Shown in pieces: positions 24,310 to 35,388 of a stretch of 47,093 bases of DNA (position 1 is its first letter; every line of letters starts with the position of its first letter). Source of the stretch: Lophium mytilinum (lineage: Eukaryota); contig MU004185.1 in NCBI GenBank assembly GCA_010093605.1, forward strand, positions 2,377,334 to 2,424,426, given 5' to 3'. The position numbers and the translations under genes were made by a program. The notes beneath the pieces are model-generated. The model did not search any database. It saw only the letters and a list, made by a program, of their open reading frames with translations, and was not told where the DNA came from.

Positions 24310-25585
24310 GCTTCGTGTTCAAGTTTCAGCTCAGATATGATTACAACGTTCCGATGCAAGACACTCGCTACCAGTGCTACGGGAACGCTTTATAGGTCAT
24401 CGCCCATGCATACTGTCTCCCATCCGTCGAAATCCTGGACGCGATGCCAGCCGGCCGATTGACGTGTTAGACTACCTTACTTGTAGGTGTCAAAGAGCTA
24501 TCAAACTTTCGAGGATCCTGGGAAGCGGTCTACCAGCAATCCATTGTTGCGAGTACCCAATCATAGACACTGTAAGCACCACGCCAATGCCCTTGGAAGG
24601 TTTTCTTACGTTCTATCCTGTGCACCCGCTGGGTCCGCTGAATTGAGTCGGGTTCAAACGTGATGGGCGAAGCAAGCCCGATACCACGTTTAGCAGCTCG
24701 GTTTGCGAAACCTCGTCCGATTTTGATGATACGAATTTTTAGAATTCTTGCAAAGGCAGCGTTTCTCTAGCGCTTGTGTCTTGCAGATTCGATCTCACGA
24801 TTTCAAAGTTGGACTAATGCAGGAATCTACCCCGGAGGAAAGTCGTTTGGTGGGCCCACTTGTTGTACAGCATCATGAGAATTGGCGTATTCCTGAAGCT
24901 TTTTGAGAAGTTGCTCAACCGGAGGAGCGAGTTTATGATCGTCATGGACGGTGCGTTCCGATTGGCTTGAACATTTTGATCGACTTCGGTGGCGTAGCTG
25001 AAGACGGCACCTCCGTCCCAAACGTTTGCTTGGTGTGTTCAGCGTAAGTTTCAGTTTGAGGAGTGTATGAAAGTAGCTGGGTCAGTTTGACCTCCGCGGC
25101 CTATAAGCTGGATCAGGTGCTCAAAGGGAAGCCCCCAAGAGCCTGGAGATTGGTATTCGGTGGTCGTATCTCTAGCGATAGGCGTCAAGCCTCGCGTAAA
25201 GATCGGGGCTCAGTGATGACCGGGTTCGCCGAATTTGCCAGTCGCCCTGCATAATGCGTTTCCTCTTTCAGCAACGAGACTCGCGGAATTCGATCAAGAG
25301 CGGCTATGGTTGGTTACACCCTTGTCTCCGGTGTATCAATTGAGAGGTGCGGTACAGTGCGAGCCCCACCTGCCAGCTCAGCTGATCCACAGTAGGTAGG
25401 AAATAGAGCGCTACTTGCGACTTCAGCTCATTCGAACTGCGAAGTTCTGCTTGCAGGGACGAACTTATAAGAGAGAGGAGAGTCGACCAATGTGGGATCA
25501 ATGGAAATATATAGAACCCAGTTTCTAGACCCTCGAAACAAGTGTCTCCCTCCCAGCTACATCTGCGGTCGTTTCGTGGAGCAAC

Positions 25586-26552
25586 ATGAGCATGACCGAA
25601 GTCGAAAAGCCCGCCCAGCCAGTCAAGAAAGGGAATCCGTTTGCTGGCACGGAGGGAATCTACCTGCTTCCACACCACATCAAAGAAATCGAAAGGCTGA
25701 GGGGCCAGCATAGACTCATCCTTTCATCGACCGGGAACACCCTTCTCACCGCACCGATCAAAGAAAAGAAGCCTCGTGTGCTTGATTCTGGCGCAGCTGA
25801 TGGTAGAATGATCCACTTTCGCCGAGTGACTGGGCCGAGCTAACTGAACGCAAGGTACTTGGCTGCTCGATCTCCAAAGGCTATATCCACAGTATGAATG
25901 GTCTCTTCACGGCGTCGATATCGGTTCCGCGCTTTTCCCACACAAGAGTGGACCCTACGAGTCTCTCGACCTGCATGAACTCGACGCTCGAGCTCCAGCG
26001 CCGTCTAATCTTGGATGGGAGGGTTCTTTTGACCTCATCCACCAGCGTCTTCTGATTTGGGGGTTCCAGAAGAAAGATTGGCCGGCCGTCTTGAAAAACC
26101 AACTCGCACTCCTCAAACCTGGGGGCTGGATCCAATTGGTGGAGACGCAGTGGGTAGATCGTGACCACCCTTTCGACGCGGCGCAGTATCCAAATCTCGC
26201 AAAGCAAACTACTCTCCAGACATGGAGCACTGATGTGTCTGGTATGGATATCTTCATTGCGTACAACTTGGAGGATCATCTGAAGGAGCTTGGGTTCGAG
26301 AACGTAAGCAAGCGGGACTTCGTGCTCGGGTACGGCGCAAAAGCAAAAGAGGAGAGTCAGAACCGTCCCTCCGCTGATCTGTGGATCAAGACCTTCACCA
26401 GCTTTGGAGAGCGATGGCCTGAAGGCGGCATTCCAGGAGTTGCGAAGACGAAAGAAGAGTTCTACCAATTCTTGGAAGATTTGAAGAATGAGGTGTCCGA
26501 GGTCGGGTATGCGCCAAAAATCAGCTACGTTATTGGACAGAAGCCGCTGTAG
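25586..26552 (+). CDS. Class I SAM-dependent methyltransferase (SirN/GliN/LaeA-like); join(25586..25802,25855..26552), 304 aa
   Basis: YLLPHHIKEIERLRGQH, motif I RVLDSGAADGTWLLDL across the intron, LHGVDI, FDLIHQRLL and LLKPGGWIQLVE. Confidence 0.88.
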
Positions 26553-27349
26553 GATACCGTAGACAAGCTCTTAGATCGATTTGCACATCTACGCTGTCAA
26601 TAGAGATGACTTTGCGACTCGGTAAGCGGCCCCACTCGGGTCGCACATTTGCGTGATACATGGGAGTCTGGTCCCTCTGCTAGGTTGTAAGACTCAAGCA
26701 TCGCCCTCCTCCAAACCAGTATCCGCATTAAAGCGGAACCCTCCATTACCTTCCCCGCCAGTTTTACCAAACAAGATGGGTACCTTTGCGCCACAACACG
26801 CGTCCGTAGGGGCGTATCAATTGGGTTACAGCTCGTTCGATCTGGTCCGGGCCTTGTCACTGCTCCGATTGAATCACTAACAACTCCGGTTCAAGCGGAT
26901 CGTTGGGTCGGATTATTATCCGTCGGCTGTTCATTGGCCGCGCCGAGAATAGAGCTATGCTAATCTCACTAATCCGTATATGGTCACCTCGACGCTCGGG
27001 TGGGGCTTAGTCTGCCACTTCCATCACGCTAGTACGACCGCCTCTTCTGAACCTTCTGAGAAGAGGAATGGTCCAGCTGTTCGTTGGTATCAGGAACCAA
27101 AATTAGATGCTCTGGGAGCTCGGTGGGAGTCAGGTCCAGCTAATTTCGCCAGCCCCCTCCTTTCGGTGTATCTAATTAGCCGCTAGGCGGCGTTCTGTCG
27201 TGCCTGATTCTTAATACGTCCCTCCCCTTGATGATAGTACAAGAACTACGCGTTTCCTTCTCTTCTTTGTTTTCCATTGAAGCCCTGTTCACAAGTTTTG
27301 CTCAAGCGTACCATCACCCTTTGTTTGTCTTTGAGGATTTGCCTTCGTC

Positions 27350-29157
27350 ATGAAGATCAACGGTCTTGTAGCCATTATTTCCCTCGCCGGCTCGACGTAT
27401 GCTTCAAACTACACAGTCGGCCAGACCGTTGACACAGGAAGTGGTTCAGTCGTCGGCCATGCTGCGCCCATCGCCAGTGCTGTTTCTGAGTATTTAGGCA
27501 TTCCGTATGCCCAACCACCGGTCAAGAATTTGAGGTTTGCTCCTCCGCTTGCCTACACTGGGAACTCGACCATTAATGCGTCAGCTTTTGTATGTGCCAA
27601 CAGCATCGCCCCCGTATTCTTTAAGGTGTACTCATAACGATTAGGGTCCTTCGTGCACCGTAGCCAAAAGTAACGCTCTCAGCGCGTCCAATTCATCAAC
27701 TTCTCTGAACCTCACGGCTGCTGGAAGAATCATGGCAGCGGAGATCGGTGAAACGGGACTGAATCTCACACTTAGTGAGGACTGTTTGACAATGAACGTC
27801 TGGACGAAGCCCCAAACTGGTGATGCCAAGAAAGCCGTCCTCGTCTGGATGTACGGCGGATTCTACACCATCGGCTCCTCTGCCATACCTCTTTACAACG
27901 GCCAATTCATCGCTGACCAAGAAGACGTCGTCGTGGTTACCATCAAGTAAGGATTCTCCGCACTCTTACCGTCCTATTCCCCGGACCAGGGATCAAGTCT
28001 CACACGATATCTCCAGCTACCGCGTCAACATCTGGGGCTTCCCCTCCTCGCCAACACTTCCTCAGAACGTCGGCCTCCTCGATCAGCGGCTAGCCCTCGA
28101 ATGGATCCGCCAAAATATCGCCGCCTTCGCTGGTGACCCCTCTCGTATCACGCTGATGGGCCAGTCAGCCGGCGCCGGATCTGCGGACCTATATTCCTAC
28201 AAGTGGACAGAGGATCCTATCGTCAATGCCTTCATCATGGAGTCAGGCACCACGGAAGTCGTGGTCCCACTGAACGCATCCACGGGTGCAGAGCAGTGGT
28301 TCAATGTCTCCGCGTCGCTCGGCTGCGGTGGAGCTGATACGGAGGAAGCGCAAGTCTTGGCCTGTATGCGCCAGGTCAATTCGTCCGCTCTTGCATCCTC
28401 CCTTGGCTCAAACTCCTTCTCGCCTACCATTGACAACACCCTAGTGTTCGACAACTACACTGCTCGCGCCGCCGCAGGCGATTTCATCAAAAAGCCTCTT
28501 CTAATCGGCAACAACAACAACGAACCAAGCGTCTTCCGTCTCATAGCCCTCGCGAAAGGGGAGGACCTGCCAGACGCTTACTGGCAAGCTGTTGGCCTGA
28601 AGACATTCGACTGCCCTTGCGCTGCGCGCGCAAACGTTTCTATCTTCAACAAGGTACCCACCTGGCGCTATCGCTTCTTCGGAGTATTCCCAGACACCAA
28701 CCTTACTACCAACCCGGACAGTGGCGCCTATCACGGCAGCGAGATCCCCATGATTTTCGGCGTGCCGCCCGCTGGACAGGGCATTGCAAACAGCTCGCAG
28801 CAAGAGCTCGCGCTCATGAGTTATATGCGCGGCGCCTGGACGACGTTTGCCAAGGATCCAGTCGCGGGCCTGAGCAGGTACGAGGGCGGATGGCCAAGTT
28901 ACGATCCGGCGCAGGATACGCTGATTCGACTTGGCTTTGGTGAGCAAACAGGGACTAACGTGGGCTTGGCTGGAACATATGATGCTCCTTGTGGAACGCT
29001 GTTCTCGAGTATTTCGGGCGTGGGGAACGGAAAGAGCAGTGGGAATGGCACGTTGATATCGAACACCTCCAGCGCGGGTGTAGGATCAGCCCCCTGCGGC
29101 TACACTGTAGCTTTCGTAGTTGGGATCTTGTCGCTTGGGTGGATTTGCGCAATATAG
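27350..29157 (+). CDS. Secreted type-B carboxylesterase/cholinesterase-like hydrolase, probably GPI-anchored; join(27350..27589,27645..27946,28017..29157), 560 aa
   Basis: Signal peptide, YLGIPYAQPPVKNLRFAPP, SEDCLTMNVW, WMYGGF, NYRVNIWGF, nucleophile GQSAG, GNNNNE and GAYHGSEI. Ends in an S/G-rich linker plus hydrophobic tail. Confidence 0.92.
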
Positions 29158-29272
29158 CGAGGCAGTGGAATGATATTTAAGCTATGTGCAATACTGAAGC
29201 CATATCGTTTACCGTTCCCTTCTTACTTGGCCTTGATCACCGTCGTGCAGATAACTGCTAGGTAGGTGCGTG

Positions 29273-29590
29273 GAGAGGTTCGAGTTAGAGGGGCTCGAGT
29301 TAAAGGGGTTCGATATAGAGGATTGCTACTACGCCGTTCATTTTCTCTATTTTCTATTTTCTACTAAAATATAGAAACCTATACCCTCAATTATAAGGGG
29401 GTTAATTCTTCTAATATAGGCTATAGATAGGTTTATATCTTATTACTTTAAATAGCTTATCTTATCTAATATTATTTAAGGTTTTTTAGTTTTAAACTCC
29501 TCTAGGCAACTATAAATATTACTTTTGACTTTCTTTTTAATAGGAAATAGTAACTTCTTTTTATAGAGGAATAGAAAGAGCAGATAAATC
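29273..29590. mobile_element. Short RIP-degraded transposon remnant, starting with three 15-bp tandem units resembling a pogo/Tigger-type TIR end
   Basis: GAGAGGTTCGAGTTA / GAGGGGCTCGAGTTA / AAGGGGTTCGATATA at 29273-29317, followed by about 260 bp of TpA-rich, CpA/TpG-depleted DNA. Confidence 0.55.
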
Positions 29591-30200
29591 TAGTAATACG
29601 CAGATTGGTGACCTATGAAATCCCGGGCACAAGGAATTAGGGAAGAGTATGGAGGTCTGTACAAAGTACAAATGTTATATGTATTTCTTTGCAAACCTAT
29701 GACGCATATGCTTGAGGCGCTTGCTGAGCACAAATCAAGATTTGGTTTCGTCTGCTTTCCCGACTGATATGTGATAGCCCTTAATCTGCTGTCGCAACGA
29801 AGTGAACCCCCCACACTACTTCTTTTGACCAGCCAGTCAGAAGCTGCCATTCCTGCCATGGGCTTTGGGCAATCCATACTTTAGTAGTATGTAGTTGCAT
29901 GAGGCATCCAAGACTCCATTTACCGCCTGGAACAAAGACTAGCCGAGAACAAGTCATCAGAATGGAATCGGTGGGGTCTGGGTTGACGTCATGAACTCGA
30001 AATTCACTTCAGCAAGCCTTCGTGGCACGAACCGCTCTTGATGCATCAGAGAAGTGCAGCACGTATAGTTGGAGTCAGGTACATAGTCAATTGGCCAGAT
30101 GCTCGCTTATCTGTTCAGCTCGTTGTACAGGCCGCTGCGGACCGTCCGCTACCAGACACCCTGCTGCCGTCGTAACGGTAACTCTCCCGACTTCCTTTCA

Positions 30201-31876
30201 TCAGATTGAAATACCATTGATTCTGGCCAGGATCTGCTCTATGAACCTTATGCCGACGAGAATTCCATCTTTGTCCTCCTGGTTTGCATCCCCAAACATT
30301 TCATTCCTCGGATCCAGACACTCTAGACACGATGTTACAACCTCAGTATACACGTCCCCGCAGCGTGACGGAAGCTTCCTCTTCGCCATGCCCACGAGCT
30401 GCTCCTTGGTCCGAAGACGAGTACTTAGATGGGCAGCCTCGAAATCTGCATCGCAGATCTGGATCTCCGAGGAAGCCGGCGTAACAGGTGCAGCGGTCGG
30501 ATTCAATCCCGGATAGTGCACGAATGACTGCCATAGGCCTATCTCCAGCAAGCAAACACCAAGACTGTAAATGTCGTGCTGCATTACATAGCGATTCATT
30601 ACATTCGTTCCTTGGCGTTCCGGATGGCGATATAAGTTTCGATACCAGGCCGGGTCTCCGAGAGGTTGGTCTGCTGGTTTGAACGCCGGAATTGGTTGAA
30701 GCCAACTAGGAAACTCATGCCGAGCAATGAATCTCTGCTCGGAAATACGAGGATGTTCTCTGGTCTGATATTCTTGTGCACGAAGCCGGAGGTGTGGACG
30801 AAGCTGACCGAGCGAATTAACTGCTTAGCGATTCGCATAAGAGAATTGAGACTAGCACCAAAACTTCGGTCCAGAAGCAGTCCGCGAAGGCTAGCTGGGA
30901 CAGCGCTATTTTGAGGAGTCCCATACAGAAGCTCAACTCCGTTGACAGCCTTGGTCGCGGATTCTCGATGTCTGACCAGACCCCTGCAGCTGAGCAGGCC
31001 GAATGTAGATGGATCGATTTGCTGAAGTATACCCGCCAGCGATTCCACGTCAGCTTTAATCTTGGTAAAGTCCAGTGGTCCATGACTCCCATCCGGGGAT
31101 GTCACCGCTTCCGAAACATAAAGCCTGGTTTGGCCACCGTTCTCTCGAATGATTGCTCTCGCTGTGGAAAACATGATTGGAATATCTTTCGAGTTCTCCA
31201 GCGTTGCCCATTCAAGGTAGAGGCGGGCGCGGTAGTCTGGATGTGTAGCTGAACGAAGCTTCCACATGTTCGTAAGTGGATTTAGTTGGTTCTTCAAGAA
31301 GTCCATTTGCATGTTTGGCTCATTTGCTAATTCTCTGTTTGCTTGTCGAAGTTCGAGGTCCATGATTTTATTGCTGTTGAGTATCATCAAATACCAGGTC
31401 GGATCAAAGCGGCTTTGCCATGCCTCCAGCTCAATGACTAGTTCTCTCAGACTGTTTTTTATCGCCCACTTCCATTTTTTGAGGAAATCCGTAATCCTTT
31501 GCTTAGGCGAACGGTCATTCATGTCATTAACGGAGTTCTCCAGCGCAAGCTGAGTGATGGCTTGACGTAGTTTGCCTTCCAGTATATGTAACAAGTTCAG
31601 TTGACTTCTTGCCAGCTCCTTTTCGAGTGACTCGGAGATTTTCGAAAGAAAACGCATCTGAGACTCGATTCTGATCCAGATAGCATCCACCAACACCGTT
31701 TTCTCTTCGATTTCTCTGTCATGTGCTCTAAATCTTTGGCAGATCTCTTTGACTTCGTGAGCTGATCTGCCATTAGGCAACTTAAGTAAGCTATGAACGT
31801 CCTTTACCAGCACTATTCTCACTCACCTGATGCATACGTCGACCGCGCCAACGACCGCGAGTGCCAGTTCGGCCAT
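30201..31876 (-). pseudogene. HeLo/HELL-like N-terminal domain + pseudokinase (MLKL-like architecture); exons 31876-31827 and 31766-30201; 1-bp frameshift at about 30660; 538 aa if repaired
   Basis: Exon 1 MAELALAVVGAVDVCIR, then a helical bundle ending in KWKWAIKNSLRELVIELEAWQSRFDPTW. Kinase-fold motifs FGLLSCRG, FVHKNIRPENIL, LVGFNQFR; after a frameshift GDPAWYRNLYRHPERQG, QHDIYSLGVCLLEIGLW and YTEVVTSCLECL. Exon total is 1616 nt, one base short of a multiple of 3. Confidence 0.82.
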
Positions 31877-32520
31877 GGCTGACTGAGTATATCAATCGAA
31901 CACACGATTTGGGGATGAATCACCACGCTGGATGCACTCCCATTTTCAATGGAACGGACAGCGGTGAGGCAGACTCGTTCATCTTCATCTTTGCGACTCA
32001 AGCCCATTGCGAGGCTATGTTTTGGCGCCGACCCCCACGCCCAGCCAGCCACTTTGTGGCTATGCACAACTCCAAGCGCCGGGCGCATTCGTTGCGGCCT
32101 CAAAACGCGACCCCCTGTTATCCTGAACCAACCGCGTATCTACTATATACTGACACGGACGCCCGGCTGAGCACTTGTCTGATCGTCTCGTCTGGTCGGA
32201 AATCTACCCTACCATTGGACCCGTTGCACCGATCACCAATGACAATGGTCTCGGTGCGTCTCCTTTGACAGTGGCATCAATCCCATCGTTTTCATGCTCT
32301 TTTGAGTAACGAGCTCTTTTTCTGTTTTATTGCGGTCAATCTGCTTTGAAGCCCTCTTTCGCATCTTCCGTTATCATCTCTGCGTAAGTAATCGGGATTT
32401 CCTATGCGTAAGGGGAAACAGCCACTAAAGACGGAGCGGTATTTACATCCTCAAAGAAGTTCAAACAGGATCTGATTCTCTTCCAGCTAATTCGATAAAT
32501 ACTACCTGAGTTGGAACACG

Positions 32521-34821
32521 ATGGAACAGGTTCTAGAGCTTGTCTCGGCTTTGAAGTTGGACACGGAATTCTTGCCCGAAGGTGTGAAGCACAAGAGACA
32601 TATACCGAAGCCGAGATCAAGCCAGTCTTCCAAAGCAGCCAAGAAACGCAAAAGACCCAACAGAAATCTGTTTCAAATTGGGCAAGAGTCGCCTATGCAG
32701 ATCGAAGAAGAATCACTTGTCCATATCGAAGAGCGGTCGCCGACGAAAATCGACGCAGAGTCATCTCTTCCGATTGAGCAGGCCGTGATGACCGAGTTTG
32801 AAGAGACTTGGGACATTGAGCCAAGTTCAATCATTGGCCAGGGTGCTTTTGGAATCGTGCGGTTTGAGCGACGTCGACCACAGATGGTTAATCATACACA
32901 GACTGCTCACAATCAGGTTCGAGCAGTAAAAGAGATTAGGAAACTGGGCACTCCAGATTACATAAAAGAGCTCCAAGCTGTTGCACAGTTCTCGCAGGCT
33001 CAAGTATTTCAAATCGGTTCTCTCCACGATGAAAATACTGGCTGCTAATTTCTCCATCAGTACGAGCTGTATTTTGTTCAAAGCTATGGATGGTTTGAGA
33101 ATCAGGAGTCTGTGTTCATTACGATGGAATACTTGCGCCTTGGAGATTTGTCGCGCTTCAGAGACCGTAATGGCCCATTCCCCGAACAGTCGGCTGGGCT
33201 TATCGTGCGACAAGTCCTTGAAGGGATACGATTCATGCATGAGATCAATTTTGCTCATAGAGATTTGAAGCCGGGTGTGGGTGATACAATCTTGATGTTC
33301 ATGTCAACCCAGGCACTCACAGGAACGTAGAACATCTTAGTAGCATCCACATCGCCATGGGCTGTCAAAATAGCAGATTTCGGCATTAGTAAGCAGTGCA
33401 ACGAAGGAACGCAGTTGCAAACACAACTTGGTACTCCCGAATACATGGCACCCGAGCAAAAAGGTCATTTCAGAAGCAGTCAAGGTGTCACTACGTACTC
33501 GCTCTCCGTCGATATCTGGGCCATTGGTGTGATAGCCATGGAATTGATCCTAGCTCATCCATTCCTTTACCCCTCTGATCAGGAAGATTATACCCGAGGT
33601 ATCAAGCCGCTCGAATTTAATCACCCTTCGCAAATAGGTATTTCCGAGTCATGTCAAGATTTCGTCAAGAGCTTGTTAACTCCAAATCCTATACACCGAC
33701 CATCAGCGGAGGCTGCAATTTCCCATTCATGGTTCGCTCAAGTAGCGCTCTGGCTGAATGAAGATGATTCGTAAGTGCTCAAGAGTTACCCAATGATCGC
33801 GTCGGATTCCAACCAATTCACAGACTCTTCGTTCAAGATGAAGCTATCCCATCTCAACGCCGCGATGCTGCTACAGCTTCCCCAATGCCATTGCTCAGCT
33901 GGTCTACCTTCGGAAATCTACGGCTTACGAATAGATCGCCAAAAAGGACTCGCAACACGAGAAGTTCTAGTAATTCAAAAAGCAGTCGCAGCACAATAGG
34001 CTCTCGCAGCACCCAAAGAACTCAAAACCCATCAAGGACGTCGGAGACAGAGGTTACTATTCTGGATACTTATCAGGGACGATCTTTTGATGTCAGGCTT
34101 CTGGCTTCATCATTTCGACATCTCTCCCTGGATACCGTAAGTCTCTTTGCTCCAAACTCACGAACATTGTAGTGGTATGACATTAATTCTGCGCGCAGAC
34201 AAAATATTTCGTCTTGCGATCCGATAACGAGGCGGATATGGAACTGTGCTTTGCCCAAGGCAGGTGGACAGCGCTACCAAAGGCAAACAAAATGCTCGAT
34301 AACGGCTATCGGAGATCAGGTGGAAATGTGCTTATTTTCTTTTCGGTGGTCGAAAGGTACGTCCTTACTATCTTACATTCGCAGATACCACCGCTAATAT
34401 GGAAGACAAAAGTCGTAAATTCTACGGTATTGCTAAAATGACAAGTCCCGTGGACTGGAACACCACCGATCCCGACTGGGTACCCAGACCCGATGGCCAA
34501 GTTTACCATGGGTGAGTATCAAGGAATATTTTTCACTCGGGCCAGTTCTCTAACCTTGCGGTGACCAGGCGATTTACCGTTGATTGGGTTTGTTTGAATG
34601 AGCTATCCTTCGACAGAATCAAAGGCGTCCCAGCTTATCTTGGGAAGGGCCGCCTCGCTGTAGCCGTTATGGATGGGCAGGCGATTTGCCCTGAATCGGG
34701 ATACGAAATATTGAGGGCATACTCAGAAGAAGACCGAAGATCGCCGTGTAGCTTGGAGAGACGACAGATAAACGATGTCAATATGGAGGTTACGCTTGCG
34801 AGTTCCACTGTGCCGTACTAG
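32521..34821 (+). CDS. Ser/Thr protein kinase fused to a C-terminal YTH domain; join(32521..33003,33061..33276,33331..33770,33824..34136,34199..34356,34413..34511,34569..34821), 653 aa
   Basis: Kinase motifs IGQGAFGIV, RAVKEI, KELQAV, ITMEY, HRDLKPGNIL, KIADFGISK, GTPEYMAPE and DIWAIG. YTH-like: KYFVLRSDNEADMELCFAQGRWTA...NVLIFFSVVESRKFYGIAKMTSPVDW...DW...GRFTVDWV...LSF...MDGQAI...GYEIL. Six GT-AG introns give a stop-free 1962-nt CDS. Confidence 0.85.
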
Positions 34822-35388
34822 TGGCGCGACTTCATAGCAACTTTACTCGCTGGCAGCCAATTATTACAGCAGTTGACGCTCTGATGATTTCAGAAAACGA
34901 GTGTTATGGCGGTGCAGAGTTTGTCTGTGAGAACTCTTCCAGGCGACGTCATTAGGATCAGCACCCTTGACAAGGCGGAGTAGACCCTGAACGTGGCGGA
35001 GCAAGTTAGCCTTGCCGTATTCATCTCACATATATATCACACCAAGCTTAGATCTCCATCTAATAGACACAGATAAGTCGCGGCTTTGCATTTCTCGTCA
35101 TTCAAAACAAAAGGTCCAGCAAATTCTGCGTCCTCGAATCCGGCATCATTGACGGAAAGTGGAGATATCGCAAGACAGCACACGTTGCACCTAGGGATTA
35201 TATCGAGAGCAACATCTTTGCTTTCTTACTCGCATCTGACTCGTCGCAATGGCTGCAAAAGAGCCGTCCTCTTACTCGTCCGAGACCCGTCCAGAATACA
35301 CGCCATCCACCCTCCCTCATACCGCACCGTCGCCTCAACCCTACCCGCAACAAGACAAAACCAGACACAAGATGCACTCGCCGCAGCG

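Noticed and set aside
25586..29157. Methyltransferase + esterase (+ GMC oxidase) as a secondary-metabolite cluster
   Set aside because: No PKS, NRPS, terpene or DMATS backbone gene and no cluster regulator occurs in the window, and the genes are interspersed with housekeeping loci.
31900..32500. Searched for an amyloid signalling motif (HET-s/PP/RHIM-like) linking the paired genes
   Set aside because: No convincing G/N/Q-patterned motif is visible in the intergenic ORFs or at either protein terminus, so any coupling would more likely be by phosphorylation.
35086..35388. N-terminal 101-aa extension of the 303-aa ORF
   Set aside because: It starts at TTG and reads like promoter/5'UTR sequence. 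The first ATG at 35389 begins the conserved-looking part.
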